Assembly: GCA_012295275.1 (NCBI GenBank)
Contig: CM022671.1
Coordinates: 1,302,001 to 1,366,000 of the forward strand
Origin: Chrysomallon squamiferum
Taxonomy: Eukaryota > Animalia > Mollusca
Length of the DNA: 64,000 nt
Direction: 5' to 3'
Shown here in pieces: positions 49,601 to 64,000 of the stretch. The notes beneath the pieces are model-generated. The model was not told the origin of the DNA, did not search any database, and saw only the letters and a list, made by a program, of their open reading frames with translations. Within the stretch, counting starts at the first letter, position 1, and every line of letters starts with the position of its first letter. The translations under genes were made by a program, and so were the position numbers.

Positions 49601-52600
49601 ATGATTATTGTAATCAATAAGTTTTTAAAATTGCTTGTTGATACAAAGATGTCAATTACACATATATCACAAATAAAATGCATAGTGTTGATGATGATAA
49701 TTATGTTACAGTCAGCAATCATGACAGGTAAAGCGGTGATGAATTTGAGAAACATAACAATTCTTCAACTATTGCTCACTTTCAGTATTTGTTTTTTCCT
49801 TTTTATTTTTTTTTTGAAGGACATTGCTGTATATTCATTGTATATGTCAAATTATTAAACACATTTTATTTTTATTTTATTGCATTTACAGTAATGTTTA
49901 CTTTCTACACTTACCAGTGGTTAGTTGACATTTTTAATAATAATTTTTGTGATAGTTTTAATGTGATAGTTTGTGATTCACCATGCATTTGTCTTATTTT
50001 TTAAACAAAATAAAAAACAAAGGGAGAAAAATAAAATACGTTTTAATCTTTACTGAAATTCCATTAAATAAACTTCAGTTGTTGAAAATATTTTTTGAAA
50101 CATAACAGGATAATGTTTGTGCCCATCTAATTGACCTACTAACTGGTTATTCACTATTGTGTCTTTTTTCACATTGTTAATAGCTACCTATAATTCTAAT
50201 TTTGTTTCAGATTATAACAGATTTTGAAAAATCACATATATTTATCAATAATTTATTGAATGTATTACTTGATGGCCTGTGTAAGGATTTTGTTAGGGTG
50301 CCTATAAAGAAATTTGCTGGTGTCTGTAAAAGTGTTTGATGTGCAATCTTTATGCTTTAAGTATCTCTATGCATTTATCCTCTGTAGACTTACAGTGTAT
50401 TGTAATATTAGTGGTTTGTGGTTTTATTTGTATTTGTGGTTGTTTGTATTTGTGGTTTTGTTCATGATGAATGTATTCTATTAAAATTGTATTTTGAAGT
50501 CTTTTTTTTTCTTTTCTCTTTTTTTTTTCTTTGTTTTTTTTTTCATCTTTTTAACATTAAATCTCTGAGTGAAGTTACACCAACAAGCAAGAGTTAATTT
50601 TTATTCTTCTTCTTACTAACTGTGAATTTTATATTAAAGAAACTAAATTCATTAGCAGTATTCCACTTATGTGGAGGGTCACTGAATTGACATAAAACCA
50701 TTTTTTATTATTATTTTTTTAAAATTATTAAATGTACATTTAAAAATATTTATATTTCTGCCTGAAGTGTCATTTTTGTCTAAACCAAGCCTAAATTGGC
50801 CCCATAATAAAATGTTGTGTGTCATGTTTGCCTTAATTATGTAGATAAGATATAAACAGAGTAATAGTCATTCATAAAATGAAGAGATACTAAACCATGC
50901 ACAAAGTAAGTAATTATACTATTTGGATGCTATATGTGCTAACACTGGAATGTGACTTGTTATAATGCAGTATGGAAACGATGTATTTTCTTGATGGCAT
51001 TAAAAATTATATAAAACAAAACTGTTTGAGTTTCTTTCTAGTATATTTCTGAATGATGGCCTACACACAGTGGGAAGATGTTCGAGAAATGGAAACAGAC
51101 TCAGTCTTTGTTGGTGTGATCATGATGCCGTTTAATCTATTCTCCATATATGCTGTATTTTCTGCCTTTGGTAAAAGTAGCCCATTTTCTTTTACTGAAT
51201 CATACTACTGATACCTAGTAATAATCAGTCACATAAAATGTGTTCAAAGTCAGTTTGAGATTTAAAAATGAGTGGAAGATTTACAGAACCTGTTGGTGCA
51301 ATGATTGTGTGTGTGTAATGTAATGTGTGTCTAAACTAAATGCCTGTCATCTCTTCAAACACTGCATATATCATCTTGCTCTCTCTCATTTGATGTGACA
51401 ATTACTTAACAAACACTGATAATACTAATTAATATATGATTATTTTATTTACATGCAGAAAACTTGTTCAGTTACAGACAAGTTTATAAATTCTCTTGTA
51501 ACATCTGTATTGAATGCAGTTCATAGCATCCTTTGTAAAAGTGATTAGAACTCAAAAGTACTTAGCTTATTTATTTATTTTTTTAAATGTTTTTTTTTTA
51601 CATTCACTCATATAATTCAAAATTAAAAAGCAAAATTAGTTGCTTCATTTTTAATTGAAAAAAAAAGTGTTTAAACAACTCTAAAAATATTTTTACACTG
51701 AGGCTTTTGTGACACGAGTTTTTGTTACTGTGTTATAAGACTTTGTAAAAAACATGAAACTTACAGAGCCATTCTTGACACTGACAGCATTCAGTCAGAC
51801 GTTAAAAATGATGAATGTATCAAACCAATCTATTCAAAAGTGTCTTAATTTATATAATTCATAATATACACAAATTGTTAGTTAAAAATTAAAAAAAAAA
51901 GAAAAGAAAAAGACCCCCTACAGATAAAACAAGAAGATATATATATATATTTTTTTATATATTTAGTCTTGGTCCAAAATTTGTATTGAGTGTAAGAATG
52001 AATAACAAATATGTAAATGGAAGAACAAAACCATAACCCCCCCCCAAAAAAAAACCATTTTCAATCATCTATGTATAATGTACATACATAAATAAAAGAA
52101 ACTTTTTCCACAAATTCATGTTAAATTTTTTTAAAGTGATTTTAACAATTAAAAAAATATAATCTATTTAAAAAAATATATTGTATATTTTTAAAACTGT
52201 GTACCTAAGAAAGAATTCATTTCATAAAATTAAAATTTGAAGTGCCAGACTTGCAAAGAATATAATTTGACATTCTTTGTTATAATAGTTTTTAAATGTT
52301 TCACCTGATATTTATATATTTACAAATATATATAAACTTTCCTCAATTTGCAAAATATATACATTTCAGGTAGAAATTTATTATTTACAATTTGAATTTC
52401 ATGAGTGATAATAATTTTAAAAAAAATTGAATAAAAAACCCAAAATAAAAACAACAACTAAAAACAAAGTATTTCTTCATTTCTATTATTTTAAATTGTA
52501 ACACAAAAAAACAACAACCCAGCAACACACCAAAACCCCCCAAAAAACTGCACAAAACCTCTCACAATAAAACGATAAAAAAAAACTAAAACCAAACGGC

Positions 52601-54719
52601 TCCATCACTCAAAAAAAGGGTAGTTGTAACAATGAAAAAGACAAGATTATAAACAGTACGATTTAAAAATAAAATTTATATAAAGATATCCATTTCATTT
52701 TATAAAAATTAATACAAAACATAATATGAACAAATATAAAAATTCCCCAAAAAGTTATAAATTTCATAAAAATCAAATCATGTTTATATACATGATTATC
52801 AAAAGTTATCAGTTTCACTGCAAAAATGTGAACATGTATGTAAGAACAGTTATCTGATGTACAAAATCTTGTATACACGAATCAATATAAATATAATTTA
52901 TAAGAAAAAAAATCGGTTATTAATTAAAATTTATTAGGATACATCTGCATTCAATGCATTAAATAACAGATAGTTACACAATTACTTTGCTAAATAGCTT
53001 CCCCAAAATTTCTCTTAAAATAACTGATAAATTATATATATATAAAAAACAAGACTCCACATTCCAGTTTCTACCTAACTAACATAGTAATGCCAAAGGT
53101 AGGCTTATTATACAGTTAGTCCACATATACCAACCTTTATATGGAGTATTTATTTCATCGCTTAACTTAAAAATTGCAGAATCAAAAGGGTTAACAAATG
53201 TTTTTAAATAAGGTCATACACATACAGTTGTAGTGGATGCAAGCTAGTACATAAACGTAGAAGATAAAATAATAAAAGTAGACATACTGTAAATATACTA
53301 AAAACATTGTTTGGTTGCAGAGTAAATAAATAAAATCAATGTAAGTGAATTGTTTTGCTTAAAATTAAACAATCAAAAACAAGTATTATGGCAACAACAA
53401 TCTGTTATCCACACAAAGTAGAATCACCACACCAAAAACCCAACCTGAAACAATAGTAAGCAAAGATAAAAGTTCTCTGAAAGAAACTAATTAAAAACAA
53501 AGACATTTAAAATATTAAATTGAAAATGTTTAAAAAATCTGTTTGTAAAAATATACAAATATATACTGTAACGCTTTGGTCTAGGTGAAACTGTTAATAA
53601 TACTCATAGAACAATAACATTTCAGAAACCTAACATATTAGCTTTTTAATGTTTCATATGAATAGTAAATTTTAATTACACTAGCAATACACAATAACAG
53701 AATGACTGTAATATTTCTGTGGTAATTAAACACCTCATTTAGATGCATGTGGACACATCAGTAATTTGAAACAGCTTCCTTTGTCCAACATCAAATTTAG
53801 ATTTTTTCAGAATACTCAGTATATGGATCTCTAACTATTTATGTTACCAATATATCAGTGATATAGATTTTGCTAAATTTTATGTGTCCTTTATTTTTCA
53901 AGGTCAACTTTGTCATACATTTTATACCTCTTAATTAATCAAACCAAGTTTGATTTCTTAAGATTTCCCATTTTGAAGCAAATATAATTTAATAAAGACC
54001 AACAAGTACATAATATTTCACACCAGGTTACAATCACCAATTTCAGATTAAAAAAAAACTGTTCTGAATTAATGTTGAAATGGTAAAAAAGAAAACAACA
54101 AAAAAATCCCCAATACAAACAAACAAAAAAACCTGCTACAAGGATATTTCACTACAGAGTTAAACATAAATGTATATCAGAATTTATCTGCAGGTTGTAC
54201 ATATTGTATATACAGTCAGCTTATATATTACTTGTTAAGTATATGCTTATTTCTGCCAGAAAATCATGCAGATTAGTCTAGTACAATTTATGTATATTAT
54301 CATTATGTTTTTAAAACAATCATTTTACTTCACACTTTAATTTTTACAAATATATAAAACAATATTTCATTATAAATGATAACTGTGAAGTGTTCAAGAA
54401 TTTCAATCTGACTGTGGAATGATAAATAAATTATAAATTATATTTAAAGAGTATAAGAGAAAGTATAGAACAAACTTCCAAGCCATATAAATGGAAATTA
54501 TTTTTCACAAATCCATAGGCATTTTTTCCCCAGAATCTTGTACTATATAGTAATTTTTCTATTGAAGCTTGTACTATATAGTCATAAACTAATTAATGTT
54601 ATCACTCAGTTTAACACTTGGTCAAAATATCTGTGAATGCTGATAAACTATATACATGCAGCACTATGTGCAACTACAGCAACATACTGTATGCAACTTG
54701 CCCCTGACAATATTTCAAC

Positions 54720-55575
54720 AAAGACAAATCAGAAGCCAGTTTTCTCACTCTCCATAAGGATGGAGGTGGGTAATCTAAAACATGATGAAACCCTTCTCCC
54801 ATATGAGAACCAGCAGACATACCTGGAGCTCACTTTTGACAAGAAACTGCAAATGGAGAAAGCTAATGCCAAAACTGGAAGAAAACTTACTGTAATGAGG
54901 AAATTAGCTGGCACCATGTGGGGTGCAGATCATAACCTGCTGAAACAAGTCTTATCATGGAGCTGTCAGACCACATCCTGAGCATGGATCCAGTGTGTGG
55001 TCAACAGCAGCACAGTTACATCAACTAAACCAAGCACTCAGGATAATAACTGGATCAATGAGGTTGACTCCCATTGAGAAAACAAACACTGGAAATCCAA
55101 GTCCCTGCCACAACACCCAATGAACAACATAATTAATAACTGACTATTCCTGAAACAGACTTGAAACAAACAGCTTTCATAAACTGAGCAAATAACTCCC
55201 AAAGCAACATAAGGCACAACTGCCAGATAAAATCCACCAAGTTAGCACTGTCAGCTGCATCCCATACTGGAAACCAAAACTGGACAATGCAAAAATCTGC
55301 AGAATAGTCCAGCACCTCACAGTAAGCCATACACACGAGCTCTGACACTAGCTGATGAACAGTACCCACAGACATCATGGGCACTGATGGATCTGCAACA
55401 ACTGCAGTGGAAAATGAAGGGGCTCGAATACATATCCTGTGATTACCGAGAGGAGACACATTATCCTACATGGAAACAGTGACAAACTATGCAGCAGAGG
55501 TTGAGGTCTCATTCTTGCTGCCAATGTCATCAGAACTGCTCACAGGTCATCTTCCTCACTGATGCTCTATCACCT
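54720..55575 (+). mobile_element. Decayed non-LTR retrotransposon (LINE ORF2 C-terminal part with RNase H)
   Basis: TYLELTFDKKL...KLTVMRKLAGTMWGAD...GSSVWSTAA (post-RT region) is followed by RNase H-like TDGSA...EGARIHI and a terminal VIFLTDALS-like segment (GTCATCTTCCTCACTGATGCTCTATCA). There are several frameshifts and stops. Confidence 0.8.
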
Positions 55576-56389
55576 GCTTCCCATGATGAACAAGACTTCA
55601 GTTTCTGATAAAGACAGCACATAAGATATCAAGCTCAGTCAACATACGTATAAGAGATTCCAGCTGGTATCTTGTTCCATGCCATTCAAAATTCAAACAG
55701 ACAATTGAACATGCCATTCAAAATTCAAAAACCTTCAGCAGCTCTTCAGAAGAAGCTTTATGGCACAAACAGTGATCTACAGAGAACAGTGTAGTCAACA
55801 AGTGAATGAAAAAAACACACAAAAAACCAACAACTGATAAACAATAAAAGATCAATCATATCTGAAATAACCCATCCAATTATGATAACATTTCATGTAC
55901 TAAATCAAAGGATATATATACTTCATATGATAGATGATTTATGTAATACAATCTTCAATTAATCCTCTGACTTATATAGAGATAAACAATTGAACCCTTT
56001 GCAGTTGAGTTTATTTAGTTAATCTGGAGTTAAAATGGAGGAAATTCGCTATATTGTTGCTTAGACTATTGTATCAGTGTGTCTGGCTGAGATAAAGGCC
56101 AGCTGGGTTCTAAGTTATCACAATAGTTGGGTTCTAAGGGTTAGCACAACAGTTTAATTAAATGTCTCTATATAGGAAAAGAGGTTACACTTTATGCTAC
56201 AGCAACAAAAAAATAAAATTTTAAAAATAAATTAAAAATAAATATTAAAAAGTATTTTGATATTCTTATAATGGAAGTTTTTTTTTTTTTTTTACTATTA
56301 CACAACAACATGTGTTGCTACTAATATTTTAGCATTCTAACACAAGAGAAATGTTCAAGCACGGTCGTAATGTAATAATACATAAACTA

Positions 56390-59300
56390 TCACATGTCCT
56401 TTCTCCATGGATGCTCTTCTGCACTTGTCTTGACAATTTCAGGGTCTGGGGAAAAAAGAAAATAAAATAAAACAAAATAAACTTGTATAAAATAAGTAAA
56501 TACATACATATCTATGCAACTATTCTTTGATTTCTTTCCTCACTTTTTCTATCATTTATAGCTTCATTCACATGATTCTCACCTATAGCTTCAAGCTGAA
56601 CTGCTGCCATTCTCTGTATGATGTCTTCAAGATCTTCTTCTGGATCAGTGATTAGATCTTTACCATGCACTGAGCCATTTTTCTTACAGTAGTTTATCAA
56701 CCTACAAAATAATACAAAATAGAAAATACATTCAAAATTTTGACACTGATAATAAAAGGGAGAAGTAGTATAAATAATACAAAAATAAATAAACATCAGA
56801 AAAACATTCAAGCAAAACAAAAAATAAACCAAGCATAATTAATAAATAAGCTATTTATAAAAGAAAGAAAAAAGTTACCTGAGCAGAAAAAACAACAACA
56901 AAAAACCCCAGTAACTTATAAAGCATTCAGTTTTAATCCCACCTGTCTTTAAAAATCAGTAACCATAATTTTACTCACTCTCTCCAATAGGTATCCATCT
57001 GTAATGTCTGTGGGTTACCAATGACAATAACCAATGCCTTTGCTCGTGTCATGGTGACATTGAACCTCTAAGAAAATAATTTAGATTTTGACTCATTTAC
57101 AAACACAGGTAATGAAAAAACAACAACAAAACACATTAGCAAGAATTAATGATATATAAAAAAATCTACAGTTTGGCTGTCAATTACTGACCTTACAGAG
57201 CTCGTGGGGAAGATGGAAAATCATTAAACTTTCTCTCTAACTGGAGGTGAATTCAGTGAATTCACTGACATACTAATAACTTTGAGACTGTACCTCACTT
57301 TAATAATTATTGATTGTACAATTTTTCCTTGTCAATGTCTTCACAATGTCATTTTCCATTTCAGACAATCCTCCATAACTAGTTTGTTAAAGACTATGGT
57401 ATGTATTTTCCTATTTATGGCTACATATATATATATATATAGATAGATATATGTTTTTTTTTAATAAAAGATCCCTGATTATTAATTGAAAAAGTTAAGT
57501 CCACTCATAATTTACCCATATTTATTCCATACATAACGACAGATTAACAATATAGGGCAAAGAATCCTTACTGTGTAATTCAGTGTTTAAGACAGATTAT
57601 AAATATCTGAACAAATAGCATATTCCAAACAACTGACCAATAGTTCAGTGAATAATTTACAGAAAGCCCCCTAAAGTCCCCAAAGTCCCATGAAAAAAAA
57701 CAAACAAAGAAAACACCTGTCATAATTATATTTAATCCTTAAAATGCCCATGACAAAAGTGTGAATTTAACCTAATCAGAGATTTATATCAGTAAAACAG
57801 TATCACTTAAAATGCACCTTACAATTAAAATTATGTTAATAAAAATATAAGTATAACACTTATTCATTAATAAGTTAAAAATATATATTTGCAGATTATT
57901 TTTATACTCATAAAGTAATCATGCTCTATATGCCACTGGATGATAAAGACAGAGAGAGATAAAAAAACAATACTAAAAATGTAAAATAAAAACCTTTGGG
58001 TTTCTGAGAAAACCCAGGTTGTACTTGGTGTCGACTGACAGGTATCTGGGGTTGCTCCGTACAGTTGACACAATGATGATGAGTTTTTCTGAACCCTGAA
58101 ACTCCTCAACTGACCCCACTTTGATTTTGTCCAAAGACGGCCTTAGTTTGGAAAGCTGCTTTTGTATTTTCTGAACCTGAATGTCAAAATAGAGAAAAAT
58201 GTAAGCAAACAAAACAATAATCTGCATATGAATTTTGGGTTTTAAATTATCACCAACATGTTTTAATGTGGTCAAGATTACAATTATCTAAATGGTTAGG
58301 ATTATGATTACGGTTACTGTTAGGATTGTAAGCAGTTTAAACTTGAGCCTTTTATAAAAAAATATATATATATTTTTTTATCTTGATATAGGTTTACTAT
58401 AGTGAATCATAAATAAAGAAAAATTTAGTTGATATGATTTATAAAAAAAAAAAATGGATTAACAACAATAATAAAAGAAACATAACTTCTGCTACTACTA
58501 ATATTATTTTTTTTTTTTTAAAAAGCAATAGTTTTAATAATAAGTAGAATATTATACAATTTATCTCTTAAAAATAAAAACCATGCCTGTTTTCTGTAAG
58601 GAGAGATAACTCCAATATGTTCTTGTGTGAGTTTTGTCCCCTTCACTCGTGTACCAACAAGCTCTTTCACGTACTTTGTGACAGTAACCACTTCCTCCAA
58701 GTTGAAGAAAGATGGACTTTTCTCTTCTCTCATATCCTCACCTATCACAGCATGAAAAATGAGAGGAAAATGTTTCCGTGGCAATCCTTCCCACTCACAC
58801 ATCATTTCCCGGATTTCTGGAGCAGCTTCTACCAGTTCTCCTTCATAAAAGAAGTCACTGGACAGCTTATGAATAACTTTGTGTGATCTGTAGTTTTTCA
58901 CAAGTTTGGTTAACACAGTTTGATTGTAATGGGTAGGTTGGCTTCCTGCTTGAGGTGACTTCATATACATTTCATTTTCCATAAGCCTTTCTAAAAAGGA
59001 CATGTCTGAAAGTAATGAACAGAAAGATAATTAATCAGGATTTAATTTAGATGAGGTGAAGTTATAAACTATATGATTACAGGCTCTAACTGCATGTGTC
59101 AAATTCCTAAAAGAATCTATTTTAGACCAAATGAATGAAACAGACTGTTATTTCCATTGTTATTCCCCAAATTTACTTGCCTGTATCAATTTTTATTTTT
59201 CAAATAGAAACTCACCAAGATGGTATTTAATTGCAAATGGTGACCTCAGAATTGGTCTGAGCTGCATAGGGTCACCAGCAAGAACTAGCTGTCCTCCATT

Positions 59301-62300
59301 TAACACGTTGGGATTGCAGTCCAGGATGCCAGCAATGGCAATGAGACATTCTGGTTCAATGGCATAACCAGCTTCATCAATAAAAACATGAGTGAAATGA
59401 TCAGAAGGGAAATCTGCTGAAGCAAGTCTGAAAATTTATAAAAAATATAAATCTTGAATTTTAGCAAAGATGTATAAATTGGAGATACCAACTTTTTTTT
59501 TCTTTCACTCTCATATTCTCATTAAATAACCATTTGGTGTTAAAATTAATATATATTCATAGTTTTTCAGAACTGTGTAATGCAAACCTAATATTAACTG
59601 ATATAAAAGTGAACAAGCCAGTTAATCTATTCCAAGCTCAGTTTTACAACTGTTAACTTACCTTCCTGCAGTGACAAGGGTGGTTACAACGATGCGATAT
59701 TTCATCACTTCCTCTCTGTTAGGATAGAAGTATCGACGTTCTAGCCTTATCATAGTTACACACATCCTGAAATAAAATCAGCGAACGTGAATTTTATATT
59801 CAAAAACTTCAAAACACTATAACATTAAAATATATTAGATGACAGGAAGGTATTCACAGACTATTCTCACTGATCAGCAGTTTGACATCTTCAAGGACAT
59901 GATAGCAAGGATGTTTGTTAAGTGCATCACTGGGTGCTGACTGCAAGGGAAAATGGCTGCACTGAAGCAGGCACTGAGACCGAAGTCTGCTGACTGCAGT
60001 TTAAAAACTTACCCTGATGTCTTCTGGGATGGAATCCCAGGCTCGAGACGTTGCGTTGATTCGGAAGATGTCTGCTTCAGGCAGGTGCTGCTTCAGGCCA
60101 CTGACAATCAGATCTGCTGCAGTGTTTGATGGAGCACAGGCAAGAATGTGAGAATTCGGAATGCATTTCCAAACCTACACAGAAAACTAAACTTATCAAA
60201 GTGGTGTTGTTGTATGCATGCTTCTTAACAAGGAAGTGAATACATTCACAAAACATACATTATTTATTTATAATGTTTGTGTGTATTTGGAATTTTTCAT
60301 CACAGTAATGAAAGTACATCCTAACATATGTAATATCTGTTATGCATGGATATGTGGATATTTTTTTGTTTCAAGTGTGAGATATAATAAATTAAATTAT
60401 GTCTGTAATATTTTATACCTGTTTCATGGCTTCAACAATAGTGAATGTTTTTCCAGTTCCTGGTGGTCCAAACACTAGATACGGTGCTGGTCGCGAGGTA
60501 CCAGAAACAATATGTCTGATTGCAATGTCCTGTTCTTCATTTACAGATGGTGAACGTGCAAAATAGCTAATATTTAAAGAATGGATGTTAGTAAAAAAAC
60601 AAAACAACAACACAGATAAACCAAAACTCATAAATTGAAAATACACATTCCAGTATCCAAACTAAACACAGACAGACATTCAAAAAACAACCCTAATGAA
60701 CATAAAACAAACAAATCTGAAAAATATGTAACCAGACATACACATAGTTTGATAAATCTGCATTAATTGACATACATGCACAGAAACTTATAAATGACTG
60801 GTATGATATTTACTTTAACTTTTCATTCACTGGACGGATTTCTCCAAATGATCCAACATATTGTTGTCTAGGAAAGATGAGTTTATCAAGACTAAGTTCC
60901 TCAACAAGTTCACATGCCCGATGCATCAGTCGAATTGGTAACCGAGTGAAAATAAACCTGATGTTAAACTTCATGTTTGGAACATACTCCTTCATCAAGC
61001 TGAAATATAAATAAATGAAAGGTCAAACAACATCTGAACAGGCTTTAGGTCTCAGCTGAAGATGTCATGAATTAATGACATGGAGGATCAACCCACTGCT
61101 GACAGTCAGAATGCGTTGAGTCTCATTGTCTAGTAGCAAGGGATCATCTTTATGCATTTTACTCCAAAGAGGCAAAAGCTTTTACCACAGACTGATAAAC
61201 AGTTGTACTAAATGAGAAAACCCTAAATGAGCAATACTAAGGAGAAAATAACCTTGCCTCACCAGTGTACTTTATTACTGGGCCCACTCACAAATATGGA
61301 TAATTACAAAAAGTAATGCAAGTAATAGTAACAGTATTTAATAGTAATATTAACAATGGCAATGTCACACTAGTGGTGTGTACTAACAGGAACAACGTGG
61401 TGATGATGATAGTGATAGCAGTATAATGCTTGTATTAGTTTGTTAATACTAATAATGGAAGTACTAACACTAATATGATGTGTTGTTCTTAATGTTACAG
61501 TAAAATAAAAAAATAAAAATTATACATTACATCTATAATTAATCAATTCTTGATTTGTATATGACACAACACCTTAACAAAATGATAAAATCTTCTTATT
61601 GTAAAACTTCAATATTAACAAAGATTAGATGCCAGGGACAAATAAAACATACAATGAAAGTTTATAAAAATTCCTTTAGGCCATTTATTTATATAACCAT
61701 AAGTGCATTTTATTATCATTTGTACCTTTCACCAAACCCGAGAGCGACCTTGTTTTGAAAGACATCGTGGACGAATCCCTGGTATTCCTTTTCACTAGGG
61801 TTTCCCTCATCATCAACGATTCTGACATACAGCTGGTCTCCTCGCAGAACAGAGGGTCGACTTTCTGCTAAACCTGGCACCTGAAACACACCATTGTAAT
61901 CACATGATATATGTCTCAGTGTGTGTGTGTGTGTAGTTTTCTAAATACATGTTCATACATGTAATGTTAGTGTATACATTTTGAAAATAAAGTGCAAATT
62001 ATTTAAATTAACATGCAGAGATATTAAGTTATATACTAGTTACTCATCCAACTTATGTAAATGGAGACTTTTGTATATTATATAAGGAACATATAAGTAC
62101 ATCGAGCAGTAAAAGTCTTGTATTGTAGTGATATGGCGTCATGGTGGCTTCTTCCATATCATACTGCTCTATATCAGCTTCCATCTGAATCTCCTCAAAG
62201 TGCATCAGGGCAGACATTTTCTTACTGTAGGTTTCTGCGGTGATGGGGTCGTCTAGCATCTTCCTGGAACAAATTTAAATAAATATATGTCTCCTCTTCT

Positions 62301-63052
62301 TATGAACTACTTGTAAAATAAACATTTTCTTCAGCATATTTAGTATGTTCATTCAGCCTCAAACTTGTTATAGCACTGCTATACTTCATTATTAGGAAAG
62401 GTTTGTTACATAAACATAATACAGATTAATCAAACCTGTGTATACATAACATATTTAGGTTGTTGTGGGTACATTTCCACCACAGTTACAGCCCAGATTG
62501 TTAGGGATACATTACTGAATAATTAAACTTTTAAATAAAATTTAGTAAACCTACTTGAATGATGTAAGTTCTATTTTCTCAAACTGTTTGAGATGATTTG
62601 TGTTTGCGAGTCCCTGATTGATCATCTTCCTCACTGGATCCGGGACGATGTACTGTTTTAACTCTATCTTCCTTTCCAGTTTATCACAATTATGCCTAGA
62701 ATTAATGAAAAACTAGCTTATGTAATGTGCACTCTGTATTTTTTTTAATGTGGCAAATGTTAATGATCATACAGAAAATGAGAGAAAAGCTGCAGTCACC
62801 ATGCACTGGACTATTCTTTTTCATTAGCAACAAAAGGATATTTTATATACTTATCTTCTCCTGGTAACCATATGCTAAAAAACTCAATAAACTGTGGACA
62901 TTATTTCACAACAGATATGTGCATATATAATAATATCATATACATATGTATATAAATGCATCACACAGGTTTGGATGTATGTATGTATGTATGTGTGTGA
63001 ATGTGTGCATGTGTTGATAGCTGACCATAGGTTACCTCTCTTACATTCCTGC

Positions 63053-63105
<53 letters not shown>

Positions 63106-63630
63106 AAAACCTAATAACTGTTAACAAAGGAAGGATTGAAACAAATCCTGTAGAAAAAAAAATAAAAATGAAAGGTGCATCTTAAGTTGTACCAAATCTA
63201 GCAAGGAATGACCAATGCTGGAATCAAGCTGAGATAACTTTGTTTATACATGGTGCTCAAGGAAGGAGGTTAAAGCTCCTTAAATTCCTCACTGCACCCA
63301 ACATCACATTTAAAACAACTGCACGTGAAATCACCACACAGCTGTTTAATGAAAAGAAAATATTCTTACTTTGGCAATGGAAATCCATTTATAATACGGT
63401 TGCTGCTCTCCGATGACTTTTACATCTCCTAGATTGTTTATCATGTTTAGCTAATTTTATGCCTTTCTTAATGTCTTCAATTGTCTCATTGACACATTTT
63501 GCATGTAAATATCTTACAATGTGAAATGCTGAACCAGACTCAGCGACTTGCTTGAACTGAAGAGCAATGGGTGAATGGTAACTTCCAATATTGCGAGCCT
63601 CAGCTCGTATATGTATATCATATGAACAGC
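56390..63630 (-). CDS. MOV10: MOV10-type UPF1-like SF1 RNA helicase, 3' part (5' end lies beyond the window)
   Basis: Exons 63630-63370, 62695-62555, 62263-62101, 61880-61726, 60999-60814, 60566-60419, 60174-60013, 59766-59662, 59427-59216, 59005-58587, 58176-57994, 57067-56979, 56701-56583, 56445-56390. Motifs: VPGLAESRPSVLRGD, HIVSGTSRPAPYLVFGPPGTGKT, ILACAPSNTAAD, FIDEAG, LAGDPMQL, GSVEEFQGSEK, RFNVTMTRAKAL, and C-terminal HPWRKDM*. Confidence 0.92.
62765..62860 (+). repeat. Degenerate SINE-like interspersed repeat; related fragments at ~61090-61200 (+) and ~57380-57495 (-)
   Basis: TTTTCATTAGCAACAAAAGGATATTTTATA resembles TAGTAGCAAGGGATCATCTTTATG (61131) and the reverse complement of TAAAAGATCCCTGATTATTAATTGAAAA (~57465). 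Similarity was judged by eye. Confidence 0.4.
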
Positions 63631-64000
63631 CTGAAAATAATGATTTTATATCATTATTGTGTCATTTAAAAATGGCTATGTTTGTGCTAAAAACAGTTAC
63701 GACCATAACAACAATACAAAAAGATCTTAATGTAAAAGAGTAAACTTTTTTTTTAATTTCAGTATTATTTATCTTTGAAGTAGTATATTATACTATATAA
63801 CAATAATAATAATAATAAAAAGAATATAATGATGATGATGAAAAAAGAATACATATAATACACAGAATGTAAAAACTTAGTTATAAAATAGATTACTGCA
63901 ACAACTACTACTGATATTAATGATAATTATATTTACAAACAGCGAATACGTTTGTCTTTAGCATATTCTTTTTCAATAAATATTTGAAAACAGGAAAATA

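Noticed and set aside
57255-57268. Palindrome TCAGTGAATTCACTGA-type and other short hairpins (~45930, ~25795)
   Set aside because: They are isolated and short, with no associated structure.
59870-60000. GC-richer patch in a MOV10 intron, considered as a snoRNA or extra exon
   Set aside because: I could not identify convincing C/D or H/ACA boxes or a splice-site pair by eye.
56390-63630. Assignment to MOV10L1/Armitage or UPF1
   Set aside because: RPSVLRGD, HIVSGTSRPAPYLVFGPPGTGKT and the short WRKDM end fit MOV10 better. The N-terminus is outside the window, so this is not fully excluded.

Overview
This is AT-rich, microsatellite-rich animal DNA with spliceosomal introns. It is probably from a lophotrochozoan, most likely a mollusc (inferred from gene content). 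Most entries in the ORF track are microsatellite or antisense artefacts, so I built spliced gene models by hand and checked the splice phases. In order along the window: (1) an 11-exon BCAP/BANK/Dof-family adaptor on the + strand (TIR-like, DBB, ankyrin, YxxM); (2) a divergent Q50 PRD-class homeobox gene of about 870 aa with an internal 57-bp coding minisatellite (-); (3) two tandem genes for small secreted peptides, each a Gly-rich region plus a six-Cys knottin ending in a GK amidation signal, the second with a 1-nt frameshift (-); (4) a 4-exon USP deubiquitinase with a hydrophobic, probably membrane-anchoring N-terminus (-); (5) two tandem, intron-containing, secreted genes that encode only the FTP+PepSY propeptide of a bacterial-type M4 (thermolysin/vibriolysin) metalloprotease, with no catalytic domain (-); (6) Tigger/pogo remnants; (7) an Egalitarian-like protein with winged-helix repeats and a dynein-light-chain motif, an OB/cold-shock-like domain and no exonuclease (+); (8) a decayed LINE; (9) the 3' part of MOV10 (-). 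The best candidate for an undescribed system is the pair of stand-alone M4 propeptides, which may be secreted inhibitors of bacterial metalloproteases. The Gly-rich knottin pair is second. Family assignments come from motif recognition, not database searches.
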